From positions 1 to 58,644 of the IMG/VR virus record IMGVR_UViG_3300044714_000125: a stretch of 58,644 nt of DNA; one strand, given 5' to 3'. The stretch is from a virus. Taxonomy: Duplodnaviria; Caudoviricetes. The position numbers and the translations under genes are program-made. Below are positions 45,134 to 54,908 of the stretch, piece by piece (position 1 is the first letter of the stretch; the number at the start of each line of letters is the position of its first letter). The notes under the pieces are model-generated. The model was not told the origin of the DNA. It saw only the letters and a list, made by a program, of their open reading frames with translations, and made no database searches.

Positions 45134-45613
45134 ATGAGCAACATCACCTATTGCGGGATTCATTTCCATGTAGAGTCGATCCTGGAGCAGACGGAGGAGG
45201 AATTCATTAACGCGCCGGAAAATGCCAATCACTGGAAACAGCCTGGATTTACTATCCCGGACAAAGCCCGCAAGGAACGGCTTAGGGAACTGTACCGATT
45301 GGTCACCCAAAATGAAGAGTATGAGAACGTTAAACAGTCTGACAGCAGCGATGGAAAATCTCAATCTGGACAATCTGATCTTGGAAAGCATGGATCAAGC
45401 GTCACCGACCTACCTGGAGCAGCAGAAGGAGCAGATGAGCTACGCCGTGAACGAAAAGGGGCAGACGATCGGGAAGTACCGGAGCGCGAGTTACGCGAGA
45501 AAAAAGAACCAGATGAATCCGAACGCCGGCTACGGGAACGTGGATTTAAAGCTGACAGGGTCATTCTACGAGGCCATGGAAGCCAAGGCGGACCCGGCGG
45601 GGATGAACATTGA
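45134..45613 (+). CDS. hypothetical tail-region protein (C-terminal part overlaps next gene)
   Basis: first ~62 aa unique; 293-nt out-of-frame overlap. Confidence 0.55.
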   Translation: MSNITYCGIHFHVESILEQTEEEFINAPENANHWKQPGFTIPDKARKERLRELYRLVTQNEEYENVKQSDSSDGKSQSGQSDLGKHGSSVTDLPGAAEGADELRRERKGADDREVPERELREKKEPDESERRLRERGFKADRVILRGHGSQGGPGGDEH

Positions 45614-45755
45614 CAGTACGGACCAGAAATCGCAGATGCTCCAGCAAAAGTACGGGTCGGACATTTTCGGGTTGTTCGGGGAATGGAAGGAGCCATTCAT
45701 TGAAAAGCTACAGACGGTGGTCACTGAATTGTTAACCGAACAACTTAATGGCTAA
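45321..45755 (+). CDS. tail completion / neck protein
   Basis: Y...YA..K...VDLKLTGSFY...L..KYG..IFGL motif; start re-called. Confidence 0.7.
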   Translation: MRTLNSLTAAMENLNLDNLILESMDQASPTYLEQQKEQMSYAVNEKGQTIGKYRSASYARKKNQMNPNAGYGNVDLKLTGSFYEAMEAKADPAGMNIDSTDQKSQMLQQKYGSDIFGLFGEWKEPFIEKLQTVVTELLTEQLNG

Positions 45756-45958
45756 TGGAATACCAGGAATTGCGGGAAAAGTTTAAGGCCCTCCATGCGG
45801 AATTTATGGAATTTTCGGAATCCGATCGGAATAGTGAGGATGGTGAAAAATGTCTGGAAATGCTTCAGTCGTATGAAAATCAGTTGAAACAAATTGAAAA
45901 ATCGATTGACATCATGCATCGACCGATAGGAAATTATAAAGCCGCCTTTATACCATGA
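45755..45958 (+). CDS. hypothetical protein
   Basis: coupled on both sides. Confidence 0.6.
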   Translation: MEYQELREKFKALHAEFMEFSESDRNSEDGEKCLEMLQSYENQLKQIEKSIDIMHRPIGNYKAAFIP

Positions 45959-46158
45959 GTTGTGAGAACTGCAAGGATAAGATGATCGGCCTGGAAAACG
46001 CTAAACTACTGGCTAAAAAGACAGCGATTGAAAAAAAACAGGCGCAAGCCATTTGTAAAGAAGCAGACGGGACGGTCTTCACCGTTGACGCCGTTCACGC
46101 CTTCCAGGAACATTTCCATATCCTCGACGTGGTATCGGGACTTGCGACTGGAGCTTGA
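45955..46158 (+). CDS. small protein, candidate tail assembly chaperone (G-like)
   Basis: MSCENC start; two genes upstream of the tape measure gene. Confidence 0.5.
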   Translation: MSCENCKDKMIGLENAKLLAKKTAIEKKQAQAICKEADGTVFTVDAVHAFQEHFHILDVVSGLATGA

Positions 46159-46726
46159 TCGGTTTTTGGACGTCCTTTTTGATAAGGATTACAGCCGGCT
46201 GATCATCAAAGGCGAACCGCCGGAGGAGGTATTGAAAGAAGCATGGACTAGCATTTATCTTCAATATTGCGATCTGGCCGGCGAGGGGACCTATAACGAG
46301 CTCTTCGAAAAGACGAAACAGATCCAGGAGATGAATGGGAAGATCACCCTCCTGGACGGGATCGTCCAATATCTCCAGATGTGCCACGATTCCGACATGG
46401 TGGCGATCGTCAATGAGATGGGGATCGGGCTCGAGCTTACCCAGCAGGACGATGCCCCCAAAAAATTAAAGATCGTCCAGGGATATATCAAGCGCATGAT
46501 TCTGGACATGGAGGAGCTCAAAAAGGACGTGCTGAGAATTGAGGGTGAACGAAAAGAGGGGGCAGACATGGCCTATTATGAGGACTGGCTGACCGTGATG
46601 AGCAAAACCTATCAATACGCCGTCCGGGCGAAAGACATTAGCGTCATGCAGTTCGTCCGGCAGCAAAAGAGAATTAACGAACAGAACGCAAAGCAACAAC
46701 GACATGCCGTTAGACCGGGTGGATAG
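46028..46726 (+). CDS. candidate tail assembly chaperone (T-like), start unresolved
   Basis: helical; directly upstream of TMP; no in-frame ATG for ~100 codons. Confidence 0.6.
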   Translation: MKKNRRKPFVKKQTGRSSPLTPFTPSRNISISSTWYRDLRLELDRFLDVLFDKDYSRLIIKGEPPEEVLKEAWTSIYLQYCDLAGEGTYNELFEKTKQIQEMNGKITLLDGIVQYLQMCHDSDMVAIVNEMGIGLELTQQDDAPKKLKIVQGYIKRMILDMEELKKDVLRIEGERKEGADMAYYEDWLTVMSKTYQYAVRAKDISVMQFVRQQKRINEQNAKQQRHAVRPGG

Positions 46727-49700
46727 CTTTTTTGATAAAGCGGCCATACAAGCCGAAATCGATGCGATACGCAGCGGCCTGGCCGACGTAAAAAGCGAAT
46801 TCACGGGGCTATATGAGACCATCAAGTCGTTCAAAAATACTTCCATCAGCACCCTGGCCGCGAATACTGATCAGCTCAGCACGGCAATAAACGGATCGGT
46901 CCAATCGGTAACAAAGGCCAAAACGGGCTATGACGAGCTCACCCAGAAGATCACCGCCCAGGTGAAGGCTGTGAACGAAAGTATTACCTCCATCACCGAA
47001 AATTCAGAGGCCTATGATCAACTGATAAAACAGGCCGTCAAAAATAAAATCGCCAACGATGAACTGGCCGCATCTGCCAATGCCCTGAAAAAGGCATACC
47101 AGGGAGGCCAGACGTCTCTCGACCAATACCAGCAATCTCTGGCCGACATCAAAGAGGCCCAGATAAGTCTTAAGACCTCTAATACTGACGTTACGCGGGC
47201 GCTGAACAACATGGAAAAGCAGGCGCAATCCTCATCCGGTTCCCTGGACCAACTTCGCGCCAAGCTGGGCGAGCTGAATATGGCCTATGACAAACTCAGC
47301 GAGACGGAACGGGGGTCCACTCAGGGCCAGGGGTTATTAAAGACCATCCAGACCACGGATCAGGCCCTTAAACAGTTAGAGGGTTCTACCGGTCGCTTCC
47401 GGATGAATGTCGGAAATTATGAGGGCGCTTTCGCTACTCTGCGGGAAGAATTGATAAGCGTGAACAAGGAACTCGCTGAAATGGCCGCGAAAGGGAAGGG
47501 CGTTCAGAATATGGGCGCCATTGGCTTTAAAACCGCCGCACAGCAGCAGCAGGAGGGATTATCGGGTCACGCCGGATCGGGCCCTACCAATTTTGCCGGA
47601 GGAATTGGTTTTGATCCGGCGCGCTATAAAGAACTGTCCAGTCAAGCGCAAGCCCTGAATGTGATATTGGAGCAACAAGACAAAGGATTTGCGTCGGTGA
47701 CCATGGCCACCCGGGCGGCAGAACGGGCATTGCAGACGATGGCAGCCGTCGGGCTCGAAGGTTCAGAAGGATTTGAGAAGCTCCGGGAATCGACTATTTC
47801 CGCCGCGCAGGCTCAAAAGGAATTCCTCCGCCAGGAAAAGCTCCTGGAATCGGAAGCTCCGGTCCTTGGGGCCATTACCCTTGCCGCTAAAGGTTTAGCA
47901 GGAGCATATGCGGTGGGGGCCGGTTCGGTCGCCCTGTTCGCTGAAGGGAACGAAAAGGTCGAAAAAGAACTGAACAAACTCGTGGCGATCATGACCATCT
48001 TGCAAGGTCTGAATGAAGCCTATGAACTCATCAATAAGTCCGGCGCCGGTGCCCAAGCCATCAAAATGGCACTTACCCGGGCGACAAATAGCCTGATTGG
48101 GGAACAAGTGGTAAAGACGGAAGCTGCAGCCGTCGCTGATACCGAACTCGCCGGCGCCGAAACAGAAGTTGCGGCCACTTCCGAGGCCCAGGCTGCAGCC
48201 ACCACCGAACTTGCCGCGGCGACCGATGGCGTGGTAGTGGCCGAAGAAGCCGCAACTGCGGCGACCATCACGCTCGGACGCGCCCTGATCATGACCGGCA
48301 TTGGGGCGGCCATTGCGGCCGTCGCTGTGGCTATTGGGTACCTGATCAGCAAAATACCAGATTGGATACAGGGTAGCAAGCTTACGATCAAAGAGCAGGA
48401 GAATCTGGCGGATGCCATGAAGAAGGTCAACGATATCATGGTTCAGCAAGCGGACATGATCACGGACCTGGATAGTACCGACCGCCGTTATTACGAAAAT
48501 CAATTAGCGCTATCCAGTGCGGCCGGCGAAAATGCCTATAAGCAGTTTGCCATCAAAAAGCAAATCGCCGCCGAAGAAAAGAGACTGGCCAAGGAACAAA
48601 TGGATCTTCTCGGTGCAGATAACGCCGCACAATCTCAGCGGGCCGCGACTATCCAGAATCTTCGCGATAACCAGCAGGAGGCTTTGAGAATTCAAAAGGA
48701 GATGATGCTGGCCCAAAGAAATCTGGGCCCCCGAGCTGGCGAATTCAGCAAATCGGAGGCAAAGGAGCAGGAAGAGGCCGCGGCCAAAAATGTCGAATTC
48801 TACCAGAAACAAATCGACATTCAGCAGGGGGTTTATGACGCTGCCAAGAAAGCCCGGGAAGAATATTATGCGGCCATTCAGAAGGGCGGTCAACTTGAAT
48901 ATGAGCAGGAAAAGTTCACCGCCGATGAACAACGGAAATTAGCCCTTGAAACGGCCAATCTCGAAGTAGAGGCGGTCAAAGACCGAAATAGCCGCATCCT
49001 TGAACTGGAAACCAGCAGCCGGGCCCAGCAGCTCGCCGCGCTCCGCAGTAATCGGAATGCTGATCTTAAAGCGGCTCAAGCCGAATTCGAGAATGTCAAA
49101 AATGATCCGTCGACGACGCCGGCGGCTCTTGAACTCGCCCAGCGGCAATTGAATGCCAAACGCCTAAAAGCTAATGAGGAATATCACAATGCGAAGACCG
49201 ACCGGAACCGGAAATTCTATGAGCAGGACCGCGACGCCAACCTGGAAGCCCTCAAAACCGAACTACAGGATCGCATTGCGGCCGATGAGGATATTGAACA
49301 AGGCAAGAACCAGAATAACCCCGATCCGCTTCAACCTCAGAAGAAGGCAGACCTATCCGTGCGACTGAACGCCCTATCTGATGAATATGCGGCCAGAAGG
49401 GATATTATCACCGCCGAACGCCAAAAGGAACTCGATGCCGAACGGATCGATGGCACGGAGTCTCTGGCGCTCGCTGAAGACAAACAGGCCAAAATCAAGG
49501 AGATCAACGCAAAGTATACCAGCCAGATTATCGAACTGAACAAAACCCAGCAGAAAACCTATCTCGAGCTCGAGGCCGAAGCGCGCGATGAATCTATCAA
49601 GCAATGGGAGCTTTATTACAGCAAGCGTAAAGAGCAGATCGACGAAAATCTGGATCAACATCTCGTGTCCCTGAATATGAGCCATGAGGGCAATAAAAAT

Positions 49701-50717
49701 TACAACCAGGACCGGACTCGGCTGGAGGATCAGGGTGCCGTGACCAGTGCTCAGAATACCGTACAGCAGGCCGAAGCCGACCGCAACTCCACCAAGGATG
49801 GAACGCAGGCACGGATCGACGCCGACGAGAAATTGACAAAATCGGCCGAAGCACTGTCGGAGGCCAAGCACAAGCAGAATGAAGATCAGCAGGAGCAGAC
49901 CAAAAAACAGGTCGAGGAAGACTTGCAGAACTTACAGACCGTCGGCAATGCGGGGATCGAAATAGAGGAAATTGGGTATAATCGCCAAGTGATCGACCTG
50001 CAGAATCTGGAAAAGCGTGAAGCCCGCGCCTTCGAACTGCAGACCAAGCAAATCCAAGATTCCAGCGCCAGCCAGGAGCAAAAAGCTCTTCGGATGAAGA
50101 TCCTCGATGATCAGCAGACCGCTCAGAATGAGAAGAATGCCAGAAAGCAGCGGCAACTCGATATCGAGAAGGCGAAGTACGACAAGGCGAAGGCCATCAT
50201 GGATATTATCCTGAATACCGCCGTGGCCGTCACGAAGGCCCTGGATGATCCCTTCCTGGAAGCGGCCATCATCATCGCCGGCGCCGCGGAACTTGCCACA
50301 GCCATCGCAACACCGCTCCCGAAGTACAAGCAAGGGGCAGGCGTTGCGGGTCGCCCGGTGCACAAGGGCGGCTTTGGGGTCGTTGGTGACGCGTTCGTCC
50401 CCGAACTGATCGCAGAGCCAGGGAGGGCCCCTTTCTGGTCGCCTGCGGTGCCTACTGTTCTCGATATGGCACCAGGAGCGAGAATCTATCCACCGGAAGA
50501 GATCAACCGGATGATCAGTAGCGGAATGTTCGTCAACCAGTTTGGGATCATCCAGCAAAAGGAGACGAACCGGGATATGATGGAGATCAAACAGGCGATC
50601 GTCTGGCAAACCGGGAGAATAGAGCGGGCTTTGGCCAAAAACAAGCCTAAAGTGGTCAATAACATCAAATTAGACGCAAAATTCGGTACTCATATTCATA
50701 AATCAGTGTTTCAGTAA
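46704..50717 (+). CDS. tail tape measure protein
   Basis: 1337 aa, Ala/Gln/Glu-rich helical; R.NVGNY, LIMTGIGA, C-terminal IATPLPKY..G...VG...PELI. Confidence 0.93.
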   Translation: MPLDRVDSFFDKAAIQAEIDAIRSGLADVKSEFTGLYETIKSFKNTSISTLAANTDQLSTAINGSVQSVTKAKTGYDELTQKITAQVKAVNESITSITENSEAYDQLIKQAVKNKIANDELAASANALKKAYQGGQTSLDQYQQSLADIKEAQISLKTSNTDVTRALNNMEKQAQSSSGSLDQLRAKLGELNMAYDKLSETERGSTQGQGLLKTIQTTDQALKQLEGSTGRFRMNVGNYEGAFATLREELISVNKELAEMAAKGKGVQNMGAIGFKTAAQQQQEGLSGHAGSGPTNFAGGIGFDPARYKELSSQAQALNVILEQQDKGFASVTMATRAAERALQTMAAVGLEGSEGFEKLRESTISAAQAQKEFLRQEKLLESEAPVLGAITLAAKGLAGAYAVGAGSVALFAEGNEKVEKELNKLVAIMTILQGLNEAYELINKSGAGAQAIKMALTRATNSLIGEQVVKTEAAAVADTELAGAETEVAATSEAQAAATTELAAATDGVVVAEEAATAATITLGRALIMTGIGAAIAAVAVAIGYLISKIPDWIQGSKLTIKEQENLADAMKKVNDIMVQQADMITDLDSTDRRYYENQLALSSAAGENAYKQFAIKKQIAAEEKRLAKEQMDLLGADNAAQSQRAATIQNLRDNQQEALRIQKEMMLAQRNLGPRAGEFSKSEAKEQEEAAAKNVEFYQKQIDIQQGVYDAAKKAREEYYAAIQKGGQLEYEQEKFTADEQRKLALETANLEVEAVKDRNSRILELETSSRAQQLAALRSNRNADLKAAQAEFENVKNDPSTTPAALELAQRQLNAKRLKANEEYHNAKTDRNRKFYEQDRDANLEALKTELQDRIAADEDIEQGKNQNNPDPLQPQKKADLSVRLNALSDEYAARRDIITAERQKELDAERIDGTESLALAEDKQAKIKEINAKYTSQIIELNKTQQKTYLELEAEARDESIKQWELYYSKRKEQIDENLDQHLVSLNMSHEGNKNYNQDRTRLEDQGAVTSAQNTVQQAEADRNSTKDGTQARIDADEKLTKSAEALSEAKHKQNEDQQEQTKKQVEEDLQNLQTVGNAGIEIEEIGYNRQVIDLQNLEKREARAFELQTKQIQDSSASQEQKALRMKILDDQQTAQNEKNARKQRQLDIEKAKYDKAKAIMDIILNTAVAVTKALDDPFLEAAIIIAGAAELATAIATPLPKYKQGAGVAGRPVHKGGFGVVGDAFVPELIAEPGRAPFWSPAVPTVLDMAPGARIYPPEEINRMISSGMFVNQFGIIQQKETNRDMMEIKQAIVWQTGRIERALAKNKPKVVNNIKLDAKFGTHIHKSVFQ

Positions 50718-53700
50718 TGCCCATAAGTCGCCGTTATTTCCTTCATTTTCTCACCAATCCAGCCATGGCAAATTCGGCATGGTACTGCGACGCAATGGGC
50801 AATCCTCAACTGGGTAACGTCACTTCCGGCGTTGACTACTCACTGCCTCAATCTCCCGATGGTTGGGCCGATATCCAGATCAGCTTCGGGCGGAATTCGC
50901 ATTATTGGGGGCTGAGTCGCACATTTACCCTTCCAATGAAGTTCGTCGGCGACGGGGCCAAAATCGTACGCAAAGCCCTGTACACTGGCCGCGGGATAGA
51001 ATCCCCCATGGGATATATCGTCCTGAAATGGAATGAGAATACCGGAATTTTCGAGCTTTATTATACCGGGCTCCTGGATCTCAGCCAAGCCAGCGACCAG
51101 GTAGAAGAAGGAGTAACAGTGAATATCATGGAGGGGGGCGCGGCTCAGTTTATCAAGGCTTATGAAAATACGATGATCCCCATTCCCTGTAATGGATCGA
51201 TCAAGGAAAACGTGAAGATATTGGCTGACGGTATCGAGTTTACCGATACCTTCCTTTATCAGATTCTAACCGTACAATCTCCCTATGCTGGTGATCAACC
51301 CCTTCCCTGTGCGTTTGTAAGCAATACTGGGGATAACATCGGAGTTACCCACAGCGACCAGCAACTGGACAACCCTTACGCCGGGTACTATCAATTGTCG
51401 ACGAACTTCCTATTTACCAGCGTGGAAGCTATCAACGGAATGGTGATAGAAGGCCAAATCACCATCCTTTCTGACTTCAGGGTCACTAATACGTCTTTTT
51501 ACATGCATACGGCGACAAGCCTGAGTCAGCCCAACGCCGAGGGTGGCGCGACCCATGCTGTCGGATTGGTTCTTCCTTCTATAGGAATCGGCAATCCTCA
51601 GACACCAAATACCTGGGCGCCGGTCCAGAGCCAGACAGGTATCAACGGGCAGGTGACCTATTCTTTCCGAGCAACGATCAACTTGGCCGCGAACGAAAAC
51701 CTGTTTATTTTCTTCTTCAATAATTTTGCTGCCAATCCCATAACCATACAGGGCGGTCAATTCACGATGACCTTCAATTCTCGCTATCAGGCTTCCCGGG
51801 TGTGGGCGATGAGTCTTTTTGATGTGGGAACCTATCTTATCAATGCTCTCAATACTCTATCGAGCAATTTTCTGCAAGTCTTCAATTTCGGCTTCAACAG
51901 CACTTTTTTACAGGGAAAATTAAACTGGCTGGTAACTTCCGGGGATGCTATCCGGGCCTCAACGGACCCGGAATATTTTCAGTATTTCAACCAGGCGACG
52001 ATCAACCCCGCCAACCCCGCCAATCAATTTTATGAACAATTTTCTTTCCAGGGTCCAGCATTAAAGACTTCCTTATCCGATTTCTTCGATGCGGTGAATG
52101 CCATTGGATGTTGCGCCCTCGGTAATCAACTGCTCCCGGGGTCTCCGGAAAGCATCTTCCTTGAAGCCAAAAACTACGTTCTGGATTCATCGGTCATCAC
52201 CATGTCGCTGGATAAGATCGCCAATTTCCGGGTTTCCATCGCTTTAGAATATTATTTCAACTGGCTGGAGGTAGGGTACCCAGGGCAGCAATATGACGAA
52301 AAAGCCGGGAAGTACGAATACAACTGCAAATTCTCCTGGCAGGCGCCGATCAAAACGATTGTCCAAAAACTGTCCCTGATCAGTAAATACCGGGCCGATA
52401 GTTACGGCTTTGAATATACCAGGTGGAATACGCAAGGGGGAAAATCCACTACGTTCAACGACAGCGATAATGACGTCTTTCTGGCCAACGTGGATCTCAA
52501 TAGCACATCCTTCGACTTTTACATGGCGACCTTCATTTCAGGGGTCCCGCTACCGACGAGCCCGACGAATACCGACCAAAAGCTCATCGTCAACAAAGCC
52601 TATCAGCCCCTTTATATGGCGACATTGAACGGGGAATATTTCACGCAAAGCAATGATTTCGCCATCTTTATAGTGAATTATCTGGTCAATTCTTCGCCGG
52701 TCATCTATACTGTCAACGCGACAATACTATTGAATGGACTGATAGGAGACTCCCTGATGGTCACAATGTGGATAAACGGAGTTATTCCACCAGGGGGTCA
52801 ATGGTCACAAAACATCACCGGGATCAATACGCCGCTTACGATTGCCTTCTCGAGCTCCAGGGTATGGGCCAAAGGAGATTGCGTCTACTTCACCATAGAT
52901 ACGGTCAAGACATGCACCGGAACGATACAATCCTTTCAGTTTAATGTCAGCGGATATTTTACTGCATATTCCACCGGTGGTGATACGATCAACGCCGGGC
53001 AATCTCAGCAACTTCTCAATTTACCGGTGATCACCGCGACTACCGAAGATATTGACGGCGTAGCCGTTCCTGTCGTTTCCTATGGTTTTCAATATTTTCA
53101 ATTTCTCTCTCAAGTGCAGGACACGAGTTTTACGACTTCCTTCACTGTGGCCGGGTATTATCAGGGCGGTAGTGGAGATACCACAAATTTCAACCTGTGG
53201 CGGCAGGGGCAGATCATCGGGAGTTCGCCGGTTTACACAGCTACCGGATCGGGTGCGGCCATTCCATTCAACCAAGGAGCTAACCCGGGTCAGGATGCCG
53301 CCTCCATCTTTTACGAGCAACTGCTGACCTTCAGCAGCCCGCAGCCAAACATTCCAGGGACCGCCCCTGACCTGGTGTGGATAACTGGTTCAGTCACGAA
53401 CATGTCTTCGTGGATTTCCTATATCAACCTGACCATGCAGTCCGGGACGATCAAAGCCTATGGGTTCAACCGGCCGGCATTCAGCAATGTATCGGGTATC
53501 CCGAACCCTGCCAGTGCCTTCAATATTCCTGATTTCACTCCGAAGCAAATGCTTCTGGCCAATGGATCAATTCTGTCGCCAGCCCTTTATACCCTGTCTC
53601 CCTCGGTGCTTTCCTTTCAAACCACAGACAGAAATCAATTTCTAAGCACTACCCTGAACGACGTCACGACCACGGAGAATGCCAATGTCAACATTCACGA

Positions 53701-54907
53701 TCTTGCCGCGCCGGCCTTCCTGCCATGGATATTTGAATTCGACACGGAAGTTCCCATTAATTTCGCTGACCTCCTCAATTACACGGCGAACGGTCATATC
53801 GAGTTTACCTACAACGGCGTACAACTTTATGGCTTTCCGATAGAGGTCAGCAGCAAACCCGCTTTCAATGAGTCGCAGACCTGGAAATTACTTTGCTCAC
53901 TCGCCACGAACCTCGCCGATCTGGTTGATCTGGAATCGACGGGACTGGTTCAATTAACGCTTATGGACGCCTCCATCCCGCTGATCTGCCCGCTGCACTT
54001 TGTGCCATTGGGCTATACCAAAGCGGCTCAGTATAAGAATTATACCATGGATCAGGACTGGTATAAGAACCGCGTGACCCAGTGGATCGATCAGTCGAAT
54101 TATTATGCCCCCTGGGAAAACGACGACGTCATTCAGTTGCAGTGTCAGACGTACGGTCTGAGTCCGGTCAATGTCCAGATCATCAACCAACTGGGACAAA
54201 ATATAGGCAGCCTGATCAATATCCCGGCCGATACGTCACCTTCTATTCCAGCTGGCCAATCGCTTTATACGGGCTCTGTGAGCCTTTCCTTGCTGCCAGC
54301 AGGAATCTACTATCTGATCTGGACGATGGGAACAGGACCCGGGACGGCTACCTTTATCAGCGAGGGGATCAACGTGCAGCCCTCCTGGGACAATAATACG
54401 ATCCGGTTCGACTATTCGAACAGCCGGAACAAACTGGCGGCGATCTTTAATTCTACAACCGGATATCTGCCCTGCTTGAGAATCCCTGGCCAGATCAACC
54501 GGTATGTCCCCAAGAGCAAATTTACCACGTTCGTTGATCAACCACAGGACATCGACCTGTTGAACGCAATCCCATACGATACCTGGACGCTGGAGGTGGG
54601 ACGGGGTTCGGGTCTTCCGGATTACTTGATGCGCAAGATTGACCGCATCATGCTGCTAGACACGGTGCTGATCGACGGAGATCAATATTCAAGAGATGCG
54701 GACGCCCAATGGGAGGTCCAGACGTTCCCGGGTCAGGCAAAAACCTATATGACGCTGGCTATCAGAAGGGCGAAGAATGAGGATGCGATCACGCTCAATA
54801 CGGCTGGACAACTGGATCAGTCGCCATTCGGAGGATATACTTTAGACGCAAGCGCCTTTGGTACAAGCAATTCGGGGCAAAATTTAATACAAGTGGAGGG
54901 ATCATAA
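50717..54907 (+). CDS. large tail tip / hub protein
   Basis: 1396 aa beta-rich; P.GW..I...R...Y.G..R.F N-terminus; directly after TMP. Confidence 0.8.
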   Translation: MPISRRYFLHFLTNPAMANSAWYCDAMGNPQLGNVTSGVDYSLPQSPDGWADIQISFGRNSHYWGLSRTFTLPMKFVGDGAKIVRKALYTGRGIESPMGYIVLKWNENTGIFELYYTGLLDLSQASDQVEEGVTVNIMEGGAAQFIKAYENTMIPIPCNGSIKENVKILADGIEFTDTFLYQILTVQSPYAGDQPLPCAFVSNTGDNIGVTHSDQQLDNPYAGYYQLSTNFLFTSVEAINGMVIEGQITILSDFRVTNTSFYMHTATSLSQPNAEGGATHAVGLVLPSIGIGNPQTPNTWAPVQSQTGINGQVTYSFRATINLAANENLFIFFFNNFAANPITIQGGQFTMTFNSRYQASRVWAMSLFDVGTYLINALNTLSSNFLQVFNFGFNSTFLQGKLNWLVTSGDAIRASTDPEYFQYFNQATINPANPANQFYEQFSFQGPALKTSLSDFFDAVNAIGCCALGNQLLPGSPESIFLEAKNYVLDSSVITMSLDKIANFRVSIALEYYFNWLEVGYPGQQYDEKAGKYEYNCKFSWQAPIKTIVQKLSLISKYRADSYGFEYTRWNTQGGKSTTFNDSDNDVFLANVDLNSTSFDFYMATFISGVPLPTSPTNTDQKLIVNKAYQPLYMATLNGEYFTQSNDFAIFIVNYLVNSSPVIYTVNATILLNGLIGDSLMVTMWINGVIPPGGQWSQNITGINTPLTIAFSSSRVWAKGDCVYFTIDTVKTCTGTIQSFQFNVSGYFTAYSTGGDTINAGQSQQLLNLPVITATTEDIDGVAVPVVSYGFQYFQFLSQVQDTSFTTSFTVAGYYQGGSGDTTNFNLWRQGQIIGSSPVYTATGSGAAIPFNQGANPGQDAASIFYEQLLTFSSPQPNIPGTAPDLVWITGSVTNMSSWISYINLTMQSGTIKAYGFNRPAFSNVSGIPNPASAFNIPDFTPKQMLLANGSILSPALYTLSPSVLSFQTTDRNQFLSTTLNDVTTTENANVNIHDLAAPAFLPWIFEFDTEVPINFADLLNYTANGHIEFTYNGVQLYGFPIEVSSKPAFNESQTWKLLCSLATNLADLVDLESTGLVQLTLMDASIPLICPLHFVPLGYTKAAQYKNYTMDQDWYKNRVTQWIDQSNYYAPWENDDVIQLQCQTYGLSPVNVQIINQLGQNIGSLINIPADTSPSIPAGQSLYTGSVSLSLLPAGIYYLIWTMGTGPGTATFISEGINVQPSWDNNTIRFDYSNSRNKLAAIFNSTTGYLPCLRIPGQINRYVPKSKFTTFVDQPQDIDLLNAIPYDTWTLEVGRGSGLPDYLMRKIDRIMLLDTVLIDGDQYSRDADAQWEVQTFPGQAKTYMTLAIRRAKNEDAITLNTAGQLDQSPFGGYTLDASAFGTSNSGQNLIQVEGS

Positions 54908-54908
54908 T

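Noticed and set aside
45321-45613. Functional dual coding in the 293-nt overlap
   Set aside because: The extension of 45134..45613 is low-complexity and charged, consistent with read-through into another gene's frame.
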